From Paramicrosporidium saccamoebae KSL3 (taxonomy: Eukaryota; Fungi; Cryptomycota): a stretch of 32,000 bases of DNA. Position numbers and translations under genes: made by a program. Shown piece by piece: positions 29,818 through 32,000 of the stretch. Under the pieces are notes generated by a model, which made no database searches, was not told where the DNA came from, and saw only the letters and a list, made by a program, of their open reading frames with translations. Location of the stretch: assembly GCA_002794465.1 (NCBI GenBank), contig MTSL01000219.1, forward strand, positions 11,459 to 43,458, written 5' to 3'. How positions within the stretch are numbered: position 1 is the first letter of the stretch; every line of letters begins with the position of its first letter.

Positions 29818-32000
29818 ATGGAATCACTACTGCGCCTCGACGACAGCTTTGACGTAGCTCTCTTAGACCGTGTTGTCTCGGCTTTTTTTCAAGGACACGG
29901 TCCAGACGTAAGCTCCCCCCTTATGGTCTAATATCCAGCACATGACCGCCCAAAAGGTTATCACCCAACTACAAGAGCATCCGGATGCATGGCAAAAAGT
30001 GGACTACATTTTGGAAAATTCAAAAAGCAGCAACACAAAGGTACGCTCATGAACTAGTGACATTGATGTGCAAGTACTTGGCGCTGCAAATCTTAGAAAA
30101 ACTTATACAGACACGATGGAACGCGCTCCCCAGGGAGCAATGCGAAGGTATGAGGCTTAAACGTGGCTTTGACAGTAGGAATTAAGAATTACATTGTGAC
30201 TCTGGTCATTCGCTACTCTTCAGACGAGGCGACAATGAAGCAGGAACGGATTCTTATTAGTAAGCTCAATTTAATTCTTGTCCAAGTGCTTAAGCAAGAG
30301 TGGCCAAAGAATTGGCCCACGTTTGTTTCAGAGCTTGTATCTTCCAGTAGAACCAGCATCTCTCTCTGTGAAAACAACATGGCAATTTTAAAGTTGCTGA
30401 GTGAAGAGGTGTTTGACTACTCGGCTGAGCAAATGACAACTGTGAAGGCAAAGAACTTGAAAAGCCAGCTGTGTGGAGAGTTTGCCGAAGTATTCCAACT
30501 TTGTACAGAAGTATTGGAAAAGGCACAGAAGCCGTCCTTGATTTCGTCCACGCTGGAAGCGCTCCTACGTTTTTTGAAATGGATTCCATTGGGTTACATC
30601 TTTGAGACTGCTCTGATTGAAAACTTGAAAAGTCGTTTTCTCACAGTGCCACTATTCAGAAATGTGACCTTGAAGTGTCTGACAGAGATCAGCGCACTGA
30701 CAATCGGGTCGGAATACGACAACAAGTTTGTCGCTTTGTTCCAGAGTGTTATGGACTCGCTGTCTCTGATGATCCAATATTCCCAAGATTTAGACTTGGC
30801 AAAAGCATACCAGAATAGCTCTGATGAAGAACAGAAGCTCATTCAAAATTTGTCGCTCTTTTTTGCTACTTGCCTTGGGAATCATCTAAAGGTCCTTGAG
30901 ACACATGTGAACCGCGAGGTTCTTTTGTTGGCGCACATGTATCTGTTAAAAATATCCCTCGTGGATGACCGCGAAGTGTTCAAAGTCTGTCTTGAATATT
31001 GGACTAAGCTTGTGAGTGATCTTTATAATGAGTATCCTTTTGTCGCAATGGAGTCTAGTGGTCTTTTCCTCGGGTCTATTGCCCATACCAACTCTCGCCG
31101 TGCTCTCTATGGAGATGTGCTCTCTTCACTTAGACTCGTCATGATTGAACGCATGGTGAAGCCTGAAGAAGTTTTGATTGTGGAGGATGAAAATGGCGAG
31201 ATTGTTCGTGAATCGATCAAGGAGACTGACACGATAACCTTGTACAAGAGCATGCGCGAGGTTCTTGTCTTTCTAACTCATTTGGACTATGAAGATACTG
31301 AAAATATCATGACCGAAAAGCTGTCTCGTCAATTTGACGGTTCCGAATGGAGTTGGAACAATTTAAACAAGCTCTGTTGGGCAATCGGTTCCATCAGCGG
31401 GGCCATGAACGAGGAGGTGGAGAAGGGATTTTTAGTTAATATTATTCGCGACTTGCTAGGCTTGACGGAGATGAAGAGAGGAAAGGATAACAAGGCTGTT
31501 GTCGCTTCAAACATTATGTATATTGTTGGACAATATCCAAGGTTCCTCAAGGCCCACTGGAAGTTTTTAAAGACTGTCATCAACAAGCTCTTTGAATTTA
31601 TGCACGAACTGCACGAAGGAGTCCAGGACATGGCGTGTGATACGTTTATAAAGATATCGAAAAAGTGCCGTCGACACTTTGTTGTCCTCCAGGTTGGGAG
31701 CACTACACCTTTTGTGGATGAAATACTTGCCAAGTTGCCATCAATTATTTGCGATCTTCAGCCCTCTCAAGTACATACATTTTACGAAGCCATTGGATAC
31801 ATGATCCAGAGTCAAACAGACACTACCCTTCAAGGAGCTGAGATTAGCCAGCTAATGTCCCTTCCAAATGGATCGTGGGATACGGTTATTTCGGCTGCAG
31901 CACAAAACGTTGAAATCTTGAAGAGTACCGAGACTTTAAAGAGTCTTTCAAACATTCTTCGGTCCAACGTCCGAGCATGTGAGTCTATTGGACCCGCTTT
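29818..32000 (+). CDS. CRM1: Exportin-1 (5' part; runs off window)
   Basis: Exons 29818-29907, 29939-30040, 30075-30147, 30179 to end. Motifs FDVALLDRVV, QEHPDAW, VLKQEWPKNWP, CENNMAILKLLSEEVFD, ERMVKPEEVLIVE, WSWNNLNKLCWAIGSISGAM, GQYPRFLKAHW. Confidence 0.97.

Noticed and set aside
29754-29852. Out-of-frame upstream ORF overlapping the CRM1 start
   Set aside because: The TSS is unknown and 5' UTRs here are probably very short; the intron-like segment 29767-29795 does not bring it into frame.

Overview
Gene-dense eukaryotic DNA from a fungus-like lineage with a very compact genome. I reconstructed 22 recognisable protein-coding genes by hand, plus one low-confidence candidate and an intron-containing tRNA-Tyr. 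The genes contain 51 GT-AG micro-introns of 27-40 nt, which is why the ORF track is fragmented and misses some genes (CHY zinc finger, PUF, DeSI, SFT2, most of CRM1). Intergenic gaps fall to 21-70 bp. COX15, an NDUFA4-like gene and mitoribosomal proteins point to a respiring mitochondrion. An early-diverging Rozellomycota/Cryptomycota-type parasite such as Paramicrosporidium fits, but that is inference only. Best lead: 5905-7424 is one continuous spliced frame fusing a CTK3-like subunit (Pol II CTD kinase I) to an Eyes-absent (EYA) HAD domain whose catalytic aspartates are lost. Other leads: two diverged solo-LTR-like elements (TG..CA ends, 4-bp target duplication), one splitting a minisatellite and one just upstream of a sugar transporter; a hairpin cluster at 5210-5445; a 16-bp perfect inverted repeat at 14782-14850; a minimal PUF protein with a rewired RNA-recognition code; and a decayed retroelement RNase H beside the tRNA gene. 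All homology calls come from motif recognition by eye; no database search was run.
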